Assembly: GCA_029210125.1 (NCBI GenBank)
Contig: JARGPR010000001.1
Coordinates: forward strand, 390,812-454,811
Source: Pseudomonadales bacterium
Lineage (GTDB): Bacteria > Pseudomonadota > Gammaproteobacteria > Pseudomonadales > JAHRWD01
Reading direction: 5' to 3'
DNA: 64,000 bases
Under the pieces are notes generated by a model that worked only from the letters and a program-made list of their open reading frames with translations, had not been told where the DNA came from and did not search any database. Made by a program: the position numbers and the translations under genes. How positions within the stretch are numbered: the first letter of the stretch is position 1; each line of letters opens with the position of its first letter. Shown here piece by piece: positions 40,164 through 50,500 of the stretch.

Positions 40164-41942
40164 TTATTGGGGATATAGCGGTTTAAGTGAATGAACCGCT
40201 GCCGGATTGATGGGTTTGTGTTTGATTGCGCGTTGGGCCTTTAGCAGGGTGACCAGCTGATCACTTTCAATAAAAGGCTGTGCTGAAGGGCTAAACAGTG
40301 CTGCGTCCAGTTTGCGGATAATGGGGATCAGCTCGGACTCGGCTGGCAGGCGGCAGGTGATATCGTCGCTAGAGTGTATTGCTGGGGTTTGCCAATAGTG
40401 TTGAGCCCAGATAATTAGCCCCTTCCATATCTCGGTCGCAGGCTGATCCACGCAGATATTTTTTAATGTAGTAAAGGCCTGTTTTTCATCGAATTGACGA
40501 GAACCGGGCGAACCATCTAAATGGTCTAAGCCGCCGTCCAGTCTTTGCTGAATCCTTCGGAGTTGACTACGAGCACGCCACCAGAGGGTGGTGATCAACA
40601 GCAGCAGAACGCAAAGAGCAGCACTGCTTAACATCCACCAGAAAATGAATTGATCGCTTTGGTTGGCAAAGGGCTGCGAATGCTTCCCGTTGGGATTTTT
40701 AACGGCCTTTGTATCCGCTACCATCGCAGGGGAGGTTGTTGCGGTGATGTCCGTTGGGCTCTCGGTGACATCAACAGCGGCTACTTCAAAGGTTCGGGCA
40801 GGCAGTTTTGTAGTCTCAAGCTGCTCGGTTTGGGTATTCCACCAGCTGATCTCAAATGCAGGTATGGTTATAGCGCCTGGTTTCGTAACGACATAGGCTA
40901 TCTTTTCAATTCGTTGCCCCTGAATGCCAGCGTTGGTTTGGCTGTTTTCGCTCTGGGGTTTGTCAGGATAGGTTTTTACATTGGTTAGTTCCGGATGTTC
41001 AAGTTCGGGAATAAGTGCTATTTCATTATCTGTAATATCAAATTCAATGGTACGGGTGATGGAATCACCTACTTTGATATTGGTGTGGGCCGGATCCCAA
41101 TGTTGGGTGGCCTTCAGTGATGGCGTGGCAATCCAGGGTTGAGCAGGGTAATTAGCCGGTGTAGGCGTAACCTCAATGGATAGATCTTCAGTGGTAATGG
41201 ATATGGGTCGGCCATACATTGACGAACGATCCGAGATCGAAGCCGACAGCACCGGCGCAGGTATGGTTAAAGTGCCTTGCTGTTGTGGAAAGATTGCATA
41301 ATTCCACTCGTGCACCTGGTAACGAATACCATTGCGAACGGCTTCGTAAATTAGCTGATCTCCAAGGGAGTGAATGATCGCTTGATCAAGCTTGGGTTCG
41401 GTGATATTTGCACGGGAGATATTAATGGCGGTGTAGAGTTTTACTTTATAGAGTAACTGAGCTTGCTGATAGACTTTGTTGCGATCAACATCCGTTTCAA
41501 AAAACAGTTTCGAATTTGAATTCGCTTTGGAGCTTTGAACCTTCGATACCTCAATAGCAATGGCTTTGCTCTGTTGTCCCTTAAAGTCGATTGGTGGAAT
41601 GACCAGATATCCGGTTTTCTTTGGCTTCAGTGAGATAACCCAATCCGTGGATGATAGGGTTTCACCATTTACGCTGCGGTACTGGCTGCTGCGCCTTTTC
41701 CCGAGTACGGTGAAATTTTCAGCAACCTGAGTGAGATCAGGCTCTCCGATAAAGATCTGCTCGTCTATCGATAGAGTAAGTTCAAAGCTTTCGTTTAGCT
41801 CAATATTATTGCGATTAACCGAAGCGACAAAACCTTCGGCTACGACGCTATGACTCGATGTAAGCGTGGCAATAAAGATAAAAATGCCTGCAATAGTAGT
41901 CTGCAGAGATAGTCGAAGTTGAATACGTGAGCGGTTCACCAC
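40164..41942 (-). CDS. batD: BatD family (oxygen tolerance) protein
   Basis: 592 aa. It has a signal peptide, a large extracytoplasmic beta-rich region, a single TM (FIFWWMLSSAALCVLLLLITTLWW) and a cytoplasmic tail. It is the last gene of the MoxR/VWA operon and overlaps batB by 7 nt. Confidence 0.75.
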   Translation of the reverse strand: MVNRSRIQLRLSLQTTIAGIFIFIATLTSSHSVVAEGFVASVNRNNIELNESFELTLSIDEQIFIGEPDLTQVAENFTVLGKRRSSQYRSVNGETLSSTDWVISLKPKKTGYLVIPPIDFKGQQSKAIAIEVSKVQSSKANSNSKLFFETDVDRNKVYQQAQLLYKVKLYTAINISRANITEPKLDQAIIHSLGDQLIYEAVRNGIRYQVHEWNYAIFPQQQGTLTIPAPVLSASISDRSSMYGRPISITTEDLSIEVTPTPANYPAQPWIATPSLKATQHWDPAHTNIKVGDSITRTIEFDITDNEIALIPELEHPELTNVKTYPDKPQSENSQTNAGIQGQRIEKIAYVVTKPGAITIPAFEISWWNTQTEQLETTKLPARTFEVAAVDVTESPTDITATTSPAMVADTKAVKNPNGKHSQPFANQSDQFIFWWMLSSAALCVLLLLITTLWWRARSQLRRIQQRLDGGLDHLDGSPGSRQFDEKQAFTTLKNICVDQPATEIWKGLIIWAQHYWQTPAIHSSDDITCRLPAESELIPIIRKLDAALFSPSAQPFIESDQLVTLLKAQRAIKHKPINPAAVHSLKPLYPQ

Positions 41943-43855
41943 ATCGGTTCCTGGTTGTTTGTGCCGGATTGTCGGTTACGATTTTGTTGATTGTTCAGAT
42001 ATTGCTGCTGAAATTTTCGTTGGAATAAAACCCCAGGGTTATCGGGTAGCCGGCGTAACATTTGTTCGGTTTTCTGCTTTTGCTGGAGCTGTTCTTTGCT
42101 GAGCTCAGCATGGGATTGAGATTGATTGTTTGCGTCGGGCTCTGAATCTTTTTTGTTCTGATCGGAGGGCGCGTCAGGCTTTGATGGGTCTGTGGGGGGT
42201 TGCTCCTCCTGCTTCTTGTTTGGCTCCTGCTTGGATTGCTCTGTTGAATTTGTTGGAGAACCATCTTGATCGAAGGGTTGGTCTGAAGGGTCAGTCTGTT
42301 GATGTTCCGATGAGTCACCCGCGGATTGCTGGTTGTTGTTTTGTTGGTCTTGTTGCTGCTGACCATTTTGGTTCTGATCTTGACCCTGATTTTGGTCCTG
42401 ATCAGGCTTCTGCTGGGAGTCCGATGGCTTACCGTCTTCTTTGGATGAATCCGACGGTTCCTGTTTTTTCTGCTGTTTGAGTAGCTCATCGACCAATTGT
42501 TTGTTGGTGACTGCATCTGCCAACTGTGGGTCTTTTTTCAGAGCCTGGTCATAAGCGTCTAGTGCCTCCTCTAGCTTGTCCGCCATGGCTAGTGCATTGC
42601 CACGGTTATAGTGGGCTGTTGCGCTGTCCGCAGTGGCAAATTGTTCAGCGGCCTTTTCATAGTCGCCTTTTTTGAAGTGCGCGGACCCTTTCCACTGAGG
42701 GTTTTGAAATAGCTCCGCTGCCTGCTCATGTTGCTGGCTTTGCATTGCTTCCATACCTTGTTGATCCGGTGTCTTCCAGAGATCCCGCCACTCAAATGCC
42801 ATTGCTGGCTGAGGCATATTGATAACCAGTAGCAGGGCGAAAATCCAGCCTTTGCGGAAGGCGGGTAATACCAGCAATAGCAGCGGCAAAATAAGCCAGG
42901 GGCCGCGTTCAACCCAAAGGTTTAGTTCGCGGGTAATTTGATCATCGGGCTGGTTGGTTTGTCGTGCTGAGGACAAGCCGATACCATTGTCCAATAGTTG
43001 CCGGATATCGGAGTCATCAATCGTGGGTTCCAGGTAGCGGCCGCCGCTAATCGCCGCTATTTCTTTTAGTGGCTGAGCATCCAGTTTTGGTATCACGATA
43101 GAGCCGGTACCATCCTTAAGGAAGCCACCATTGGGTTTAGGTATGGGTGAACCTTCTACCGTACCGAACGCCAGGACCGAGATGGGGTAACCTGAATTTT
43201 TTGCTTGTTTAAGGGTTAGTTCCACTGAGCTAGGATGAACACCATCGGTAAATACAATCACTCTGCTTTGTTTGGCTGCGCCACCTTGTTCGATAAGTTT
43301 GGTAGCTTCAGTTAGTCCAGCCATCAAGTTGCTGCCGTAAACTGGCATGATTTGCGGTGACAGGGCAGGGACTAGTTCTGCAATTGTTTTGCTGTCGTCG
43401 GTGAGTGGACTGACGCTATGGGCATCCCCGGAGAACACCACCAAACCGGTTAAGCCCTCTTTTCGTATTTTCAGAAGATCACTAAGTTTGCGACGAGCCT
43501 TAATTAAGCGCGAGGGTTCCTGGTCGGTGGCGAGCATGGATAAGGATAGGTCTAGCACCACTACCAGCGCATCGGTTTGGCGATGAACTGGTTGGGGGAG
43601 CTTTTGCCAGGTTGGTCCGGCAAGAGCTATGACCGCAAGCAACCAGCCGATACCAAGGGGTAAAAGATAGTTTCTACCTGACCCGTGGCTGGTGTTTTCG
43701 GTCAAGAAAGGCAGCAGCTCGGGGGCAATAATTCGGCTCCATGAATTGTTCGCTTGCTGCTTTTTATACAGTAATACAAGTACTGCTAATAGCGGTAGCA
43801 AAACCCATAGCCATAAAGGGCGAATAAAATGAAACTGGTTAAAAAATTCAGCCAT
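41936..43855 (-). CDS. batB: VWA domain + TPR protein (BatB/BatC-like fusion) with a Q/N/D/P-rich tail
   Basis: N-terminal TMs, VWA MIDAS (VVVLDLSLSM), a further TM, TPR repeats (AHYNRGNALAMADKLEEALDAYDQALKKDP) and a low-complexity region of about 130 aa. Confidence 0.8.
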   Translation of the reverse strand: MAEFFNQFHFIRPLWLWVLLPLLAVLVLLYKKQQANNSWSRIIAPELLPFLTENTSHGSGRNYLLPLGIGWLLAVIALAGPTWQKLPQPVHRQTDALVVVLDLSLSMLATDQEPSRLIKARRKLSDLLKIRKEGLTGLVVFSGDAHSVSPLTDDSKTIAELVPALSPQIMPVYGSNLMAGLTEATKLIEQGGAAKQSRVIVFTDGVHPSSVELTLKQAKNSGYPISVLAFGTVEGSPIPKPNGGFLKDGTGSIVIPKLDAQPLKEIAAISGGRYLEPTIDDSDIRQLLDNGIGLSSARQTNQPDDQITRELNLWVERGPWLILPLLLLVLPAFRKGWIFALLLVINMPQPAMAFEWRDLWKTPDQQGMEAMQSQQHEQAAELFQNPQWKGSAHFKKGDYEKAAEQFATADSATAHYNRGNALAMADKLEEALDAYDQALKKDPQLADAVTNKQLVDELLKQQKKQEPSDSSKEDGKPSDSQQKPDQDQNQGQDQNQNGQQQQDQQNNNQQSAGDSSEHQQTDPSDQPFDQDGSPTNSTEQSKQEPNKKQEEQPPTDPSKPDAPSDQNKKDSEPDANNQSQSHAELSKEQLQQKQKTEQMLRRLPDNPGVLFQRKFQQQYLNNQQNRNRQSGTNNQEPMW

Positions 43856-44903
43856 GTTCAGTGTTTGATTTCTCTTTCCTGTTTTTAAAAACTACCGAAA
43901 GATATTCTCTTAAGCTAATGAATATATTGAATTTAAATAATGATATTAGAATTGATGTTAGTAACGTGAAACCTAGTGGCCAGGTATAAAGCTCGGTTTT
44001 TGGGCGGAAGATTTCCGCCTCATGATCGATTGGTTCCAGTTGGTCTAAATTGAGATAGATCTGCTTCAATTCAAGGGTGTTACGGGCACGGAAATAGAGC
44101 CCACCGGTGGATGTTGCGATATGTTTTAAAGACTCTTCGTCCAGTTCGGCGGAGGGGTTTATGGTACGGTTGCCAAAAAAACTACGGACGGTCATTTGAT
44201 CGGCACCGATGCCGATGGTATGAATTCGAACCCCTTCAGTTACCGCAAGTTCGGTAGCCTGGGCGGGGGAAATCTCACCGGCGGTATTCTGGCCATCGGT
44301 TAACAAAATGAGGACACGACTCTGTTGGGGCCGATCCCTTAGACGTTTGACGGCCATGGCAATGGCCTCACCAATTGCAGTTTTCTCACCTGCGATTCCG
44401 ATCGTTGCCTCTTTCAATAGAATGCCGAGGGTTTGTCGATCAAAGGTAAGGGGGGTTTGCAGGTAGGCGTGGGTGCCAAACAGAATGAGCCCAAGTCGGT
44501 CGCCCTTGCGGCGTTCTACAAATTCACCGACAACCGATTGGACCACTGCCAGTCGGGTTGCGGTCTGGCCATTTAAAGTCATATCTTCGGCTTTCATGCT
44601 GCCGGAAATATCAGCAGCGACCATCAGGTCCCTGCCGGTCGTGGGTAGCTCAATGGGTTCGCCGACCCACTGCGGCCGGGCTGCAGCGGTTACCAGTAAT
44701 ATCCATGCGAGTATCAGTAAAATTTTTTGTAGCAGTCCAGTCTGAGAACTGTGGAGTTGATTATCTTCGCCGATTTCTGAAATACGCTGATAGAAGGGCA
44801 CACGAATAGCCTGACCGCCGGTTTGAATCACAGGTATCAGGTAATGTGCCAGAATCGGCAGCGGCAGTATCCAAAATATCCAGATCCAGGTGAATTCGAA
44901 CAT
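43848..44903 (-). CDS. batA: VWA domain-containing membrane protein BatA
   Basis: The MFEFTWIWIFWILPLPIL N-terminus is typical of BatA. VWA MIDAS is MVAADISGSM. It has a C-terminal TM. Confidence 0.8.
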   Translation of the reverse strand: MFEFTWIWIFWILPLPILAHYLIPVIQTGGQAIRVPFYQRISEIGEDNQLHSSQTGLLQKILLILAWILLVTAAARPQWVGEPIELPTTGRDLMVAADISGSMKAEDMTLNGQTATRLAVVQSVVGEFVERRKGDRLGLILFGTHAYLQTPLTFDRQTLGILLKEATIGIAGEKTAIGEAIAMAVKRLRDRPQQSRVLILLTDGQNTAGEISPAQATELAVTEGVRIHTIGIGADQMTVRSFFGNRTINPSAELDEESLKHIATSTGGLYFRARNTLELKQIYLNLDQLEPIDHEAEIFRPKTELYTWPLGFTLLTSILISLFKFNIFISLREYLSVVFKNRKEKSNTEHG

Positions 44904-44923
44904 GGTGCTAACGAGTCCCTGGG

Positions 44924-45424
44924 TTATCGATGAGATTTTATCCAGGTTTTCATCATTTGATGAAAGTGCTGGATGTCGATGTTGGGTTGGGATTGGGGTT
45001 TGTAGATCGATTCTGCAATTTGTTCACAAACCTGTTCTGAAAACACAGGCTTTTTGCAATGCTGATTGAGTAGCTCCAGGTAGTGATTCGCGCTCACCGC
45101 AGCCATTTTCTCGCTGGGATATCGGTGTAACGAGGTTCGTTTCAGTAAGGCCATGGCTTGTTCAAAATAGCGTTTTTCTGATTGTTCGCAGCTGCTGTTT
45201 TTTAGTTCTTGCATCAGCTGGTCGGCTTCTTGATTGGCCAATTTACGGTAGCGGTTTTTGGTTCGGTAGCGAATGATGAATAAGGTAATAGCTGCGATCG
45301 ACGTTACGCTTAAGATGATCAGTAGCCACCAGCCTGGAGCTAATGGCCACAAACCAGGGGTATCGGGAAGATGAATATCCCTTAATTGCTCAAGAGGGTT
45401 TGCTGTAGCTGCCGAAGGGTTCAT
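44924..45424 (-). CDS. DUF4381 domain-containing membrane protein
   Basis: The LRDIHLPDTPGLWPLAPGWWLL signature is followed by a TM. It holds the conserved position between the DUF58 and batA genes. Confidence 0.7.
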   Translation of the reverse strand: MNPSAATANPLEQLRDIHLPDTPGLWPLAPGWWLLIILSVTSIAAITLFIIRYRTKNRYRKLANQEADQLMQELKNSSCEQSEKRYFEQAMALLKRTSLHRYPSEKMAAVSANHYLELLNQHCKKPVFSEQVCEQIAESIYKPQSQPNIDIQHFHQMMKTWIKSHR

Positions 45425-46452
45425 TTGACGACTCCAGGATTTTGGCGCAAGGAATCGAAGTTTTTGCTGGAGCTTGCAGCAGGTTGGTCGAGTCTATTGT
45501 CTGGGCTGGTATATAGAGATTCCTCGGTCGAGAGCTCATGAAGGGTAATCTTTAGCTTGAAAAACTGTTGCCGAAGTTGCTCCAGTCGTTGGTGAAATTG
45601 CTGTTGATAACGATTTTGAAAGCGTTGATTGTCACTGTCAATTAAGGAACGCTGAGCCCCGTTGGTGACCCAATATTTGCCTTGTTGCGGTAGCTTTGCC
45701 TCAAGGGGATCGTAGATCAAAAACACTTCAACCTGATTGTGCTGGGCAATTCCATGTAACAGCTGAAAATCAGTTTCGTTAAAATCTGCAAAGTCACTGA
45801 TCAAGTAAAGTGTTGAACCGGTCTTTATAAGTTGCCGGGTGTGAGCAAGAGCTGTACCAAGGTTATGGCTGCTCTGTTGCTTTCCTGGCTCCTGTTGGTC
45901 TGGGTTTGTTGTGGGTATCTCCTCGCTGGGCTTAAGCTGTTGGTTGGAACTTTCAATCTGCTTGAGCCATTGCAACAGGTATCGTCGGTTGCGGGTGGGT
46001 TTGAACTCCTTGAGTTCGGTATCTGAAAAAATGATGCCGCCGCAGCGGTCGCTATTGTTGTGAGTATCCCAACTTAATAATGCGGCTGTTTCCGCCGCTT
46101 TTACCGATTTGAAACAATACCGGCTACCAAAAAACATCGATTGGCTCTGATCTAAAACGATAAATACAGGTCGGTCTTTTTCTTCCCGGAATACTTTAGT
46201 GTGGGTGATCTGTGAGCGGGCGGTAACGCGCCAATCGATCGTGCCAATATCATCACCGGGCTGATAGACGCGGCTCTCTTCAAACTCAAGCCCACGGCCA
46301 AATAGTTTTGATCTATTCTGACCCGCCAATAGTGAGCGGCTTGGGTGCTGGTCGAAGCATGGGCGAATCCGCTGGGATTTAAGCTGCATTAGTTGCTGCA
46401 GATTTATATATGCGCCACGAATTAGCGTGCTGGAGTTATTCGGGTGGTTCAT
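45421..46452 (-). CDS. DUF58 domain-containing protein (VWA-like MoxR partner)
   Basis: 343 aa. GRGLEFEESRVYQPGDDIGTIDWRVTAR is the DUF58 hallmark. It lies immediately downstream of moxR. Confidence 0.8.
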   Translation of the reverse strand: MNHPNNSSTLIRGAYINLQQLMQLKSQRIRPCFDQHPSRSLLAGQNRSKLFGRGLEFEESRVYQPGDDIGTIDWRVTARSQITHTKVFREEKDRPVFIVLDQSQSMFFGSRYCFKSVKAAETAALLSWDTHNNSDRCGGIIFSDTELKEFKPTRNRRYLLQWLKQIESSNQQLKPSEEIPTTNPDQQEPGKQQSSHNLGTALAHTRQLIKTGSTLYLISDFADFNETDFQLLHGIAQHNQVEVFLIYDPLEAKLPQQGKYWVTNGAQRSLIDSDNQRFQNRYQQQFHQRLEQLRQQFFKLKITLHELSTEESLYTSPDNRLDQPAASSSKNFDSLRQNPGVVK

Positions 46453-46475
46453 AGTGAGAGTAGCTCAACCCGTTG

Positions 46476-47456
46476 CTAGATCGCCGGAACTACGTTGAGT
46501 AGCTGATCAATCAACTGATTGGTATCGATTCCGCTGGCCTGGGCTTCAAAGCTGGAAATTAGCCGGTGGCGTAGCACATCGTGAATAACCGCCTGGACAT
46601 CCTCAGGGGTAACAAAGTCACGATCCGCTAACCACGCATGGGCCCGACAACAGGAATCCAGGGCGATGGTGCCTCGGGGGCTAGCGCCATATTCAATCCA
46701 ATTGGCCAATTTGGTGTCGTATTGCTCGGGTTGCCGAGTCGCCATGATTAACTGGACGATATATTCCTCTACAGGCTCCGCCATATAAATAGAGAGCAAT
46801 TGTTGACGCGCTTCAAAAATGGCCTGCTGGCTGATGATATCGGTATTTTCCCTGGTTCCGCTGCTGGACAACTCCTGCTGCAGGGATTCGGCACGGGCTA
46901 GTTTGAGTATCTGATGTTCCGCTTCGCGGTTGGGGTAATCGATCTCAACATGCAGTAAAAATCGGTCCAGCTGTGCCTCCGGGAGCGGATAGGTACCCTC
47001 TTGCTCGATCGGGTTTTGGGTCGCCATCACCAAAAAAAGCTCCGGAAGTGCATAGGTGGTTTTACCTACGCTAACCTGGCGTTCGCCCATCGCTTCAAGT
47101 AATGCCGATTGTGCTTTAGCTGGAGCCCGGTTAATTTCATCCGCTAGTACCAGGCTATGGAAAATCGGACCTTTCTGAAACTCAAAGGTACCGTCTTGAG
47201 GCCGGTAGATCTCGGTTCCGGTGATATCGCCAGGTAATAGATCTGGGGTAAATTGAACCCGGTGGAAACTGCCTTCAATAAGATTGGAAAGGGACTTGAT
47301 TGCACGGGTTTTGGCAAGCCCAGGTGCACCTTCGACTAATAAGTGACCATTAGCGAGTAGCGCAATCATCAAACTATCCACTAGTTTTGACTGGCCGATA
47401 ATTTGCTGATTAAGTTGTTGCTTGAGGTTTTGGATCTGTTTGAGGTGGTTGTTCAT
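46476..47456 (-). CDS. MoxR family AAA+ ATPase
   Basis: 326 aa. Walker A is GAPGLAKT, Walker B is LVLADEINRA. FLVMATQNPIEQEGTYPLPEAQLDRF is present. Confidence 0.92.
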   Translation of the reverse strand: MNNHLKQIQNLKQQLNQQIIGQSKLVDSLMIALLANGHLLVEGAPGLAKTRAIKSLSNLIEGSFHRVQFTPDLLPGDITGTEIYRPQDGTFEFQKGPIFHSLVLADEINRAPAKAQSALLEAMGERQVSVGKTTYALPELFLVMATQNPIEQEGTYPLPEAQLDRFLLHVEIDYPNREAEHQILKLARAESLQQELSSSGTRENTDIISQQAIFEARQQLLSIYMAEPVEEYIVQLIMATRQPEQYDTKLANWIEYGASPRGTIALDSCCRAHAWLADRDFVTPEDVQAVIHDVLRHRLISSFEAQASGIDTNQLIDQLLNVVPAI

Positions 47457-47590
47457 AATCTCTCAATCTAAGAACTGTATTTGCGTGTACTATTTTAGCA
47501 CTCTGAAGGTTATCAATCTGACTTTATCTGAGCTTCTACTATTATTAACTTTATATTCGTTTTAACCATTCTGACATATTGGCCAAATAC

Positions 47591-50500
47591 ATGTTAAACA
47601 CAGAAGATATGGGTATAAAAAAAGAAGCGCTCCACTCACTGAGTGAGGAACTCCATAAAAAGTTCCATGAGCAGGAGGCCCAGAAGTTGGACCTGTTTAT
47701 TCGTCATTATTATGCCGCAGTTCCGGAGGCTGATTTTGAGGAGAGGAATCTTGATGACCTCTATTATTCAAGTTTTTCATGCTGGAAGTTCATACACTCA
47801 AAGGATAGTGATGAGCCAAAACTGCGTGTGTTTAACCCGGATCTTGAACAACATGGCTGGCAGTCCTCCCACACTATCATTGAAATGTTATGTGTGGATA
47901 TGCCTTTTCTAGTAGATTCGACTCGTACCCTGCTAGTTGATATGCACCTGAATATTCATACTATTCATAGCTCGGTTTTTTGTATTAAGCGTGATGATCA
48001 GGGTAAATTGCTTGAATTTAAACCTGCGCTTGAAAAGCACAATGGTGGAGTTGGATTTGAGCGTGAAGCGGTCATTTATTTCGAAATCGATAAGAATTCG
48101 GATCAAGCTGAACTGAATGAACTCACAAGGCGGTTACGGGAAGTCCTTTCGGAAGTTGCTCAGGTAGTGTCTGATTTCGACCTTATGCAGAGCCGAATAC
48201 TGAAGTTAATTGACGATGCAAACAGTAATGGAAACCTTGAAAACTCCGAAAGGCAACATTGCAACGATTTTTTAAGGTGGTTGCTCGATGATAATTTTAC
48301 CTTGCTGGGTATTGAAGAATACGCACTGGAGCAACAAGCTGAAAAGATGCAAATTGTGCAGAACAACGACGCGTCGTTGGGTATAGCACGTATAAATAAG
48401 CCGGTCACCTCACGGCGAAACATCGAGGATCTTTCGGTCGGGGCTCAGCGATTCATTCAACGCGATAACATTATAAGTTTTGCAAAAGGCGGCACGGTTT
48501 CGCGGGTCCATCGTCCTGCGTACCCGGATTATATCTCGGTACATCTTTACGATGATCTGGGCAAACCTGTGGGCGAATGCCGAATAGTAGGTTTGTTTAC
48601 TTCACCGGTCTATCAATCCAACCCATCTAGTATACCGATCGTCAGGGATAAGATTGAGTATGTGCTCCATCAGGCTGGTTTTGAAGCGGGAGGACATAAT
48701 CAAAAGGATCTTCTTCACGTTTTGGTTACTTACCCGCGGGAAGGTTTGTTTTTGCTCTCTAAAGAGGAGTTGCTTGAGCACGCTACCGGTATTATGGGAT
48801 TGCAAGAACGGCGTGTGACTCGCCTGTTTTTGCGTGAAGATCCTTATGGGCAGTTTATTTCCTGTTTACTATTTATGCCACGGGACGATTACAACACCAA
48901 AGTTCGTGTCAAAATTGGTGAGTTGCTGCAGAAAGAATGCAATTCACCTAGCGTAAGTTTTAGCACCTATTTCTCCGAATCAGTATTGGTTCGCGTCGAG
49001 TATAACCTGCAAATGGATGAGGGTAGCTCTGCACCCTCTGCACGATTATTGGAACGAAAAGTACGTAGCGCGGCTCGTACCTGGGAGGATGATTTTCACG
49101 CGGCTTTGATTGAAAATTATGGGGAAGAATTAGGTACTCAATATGCGAATCAGTACTTGAACGCCTTACCCTCTAGCTATCGGGATGATTTTAGCCCAAG
49201 AGCTGCAGTGGTCGATATTAAGAAAATTGCAGCACTTAAAAGCGATGGCGACCTTGCGATGAGTTTTTACCGGTCGGTAGAGGAGTCAAAAGATATATTG
49301 CGCTTTAAGTTGTTCCGGCGAGCTGCTCAAATTCCGCTTTCCGATGTATTACCTATTCTTGAAAATTTAGGTCTCAGAGTAATTGGAGAAAGGCCGTATG
49401 AGTTTCTTGATAAAGAAGGTGTCGTGATATGGGTTCATGACTTTAGCCTGATTTATTCCCTGTCAGATAGTGTAAATATTCAGGAAGTGAGGGATATTTT
49501 TCAGGATGCCTTTTCCAGAATTTGGTATGGCGATGCTGACAATGACTCCTTTAACAATTTGGTACTAGGCACGCGCTTAAACTGGCGACAGATCGCAATG
49601 TTACGGACGTATGCGGCCTATTTGAAACAAATCCGCTTTGGTTTTGGACGTGGCGCCATTGCAGAAACACTATCAAAACATCTTGAAATCACCCGCGCAA
49701 TCGTATCTTTGTTTAACTTTATGTTTGACCCTTCAGTTATACGCGGAGACAATTATCTTGAGGAAATTGAGGCCGCGCGGTTAGATATTTTTAAGAAATT
49801 GGATGAAGTATCTAACCTGAATGAAGATAGAATTCTACGCCGTTATCTAGATTTGATTAGCGCGACATTGCGCACCAATTTTTTTCAAAGTACACCAGAA
49901 GGTGATCCAAAGCCCTATCTCTCATTTAAGTTTTCTCCAGAGCGTATACCGGATATACCCCAGCCATGCCCCAAGTTTGAGATTTTTGTTTATTCGCCAG
50001 AGTTTGAAGCGGTTCATTTAAGAAGTGGTGCGGTTTCAAGGGGTGGGTTACGTTGGTCTGATCGGCTTGAAGATTACCGAACAGAAGTGTTAGGGCTAGT
50101 AAAAGCTCAGCAGGTTAAAAATTCGGTGATTGTACCCTTGGGAGCAAAGGGTGGATTTGTCCTGAAAAAAGTACCCCCGAAGGCGAGTAGAGAACGGGTT
50201 CAACAAATAGCGGTTCGTTGTTATCGGTACTTTATGCGTGGGATGTTGGATATTACTGACAATTTGGTTGATCAGAAAATTGTTCACCCCACCGACACCG
50301 TTGTGCGTGATGAAAGCGATTCCTATTTGGTCGTAGCGGCGGATAAGGGCACCGCAACGTTTTCTGATATTGCCAATGGTATTTCAAAAGATTATGGGTT
50401 TTGGCTTGGTGACGCTTTTGCATCCGGTGGCAGTGAGGGCTATGACCATAAGCAGATGGGTATTACTGCCAAGGGCGCATGGATATCGGTTCAGCGACAT

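Noticed and set aside
41995-42516. A 173-aa same-strand alternative-frame ORF, and a 116-aa opposite-strand ORF (42130-42480), inside batB.
   Set aside because: Both coincide exactly with the CAG/CAA/GAT-rich low-complexity stretch. The absence of stop codons there is explained by the biased composition.
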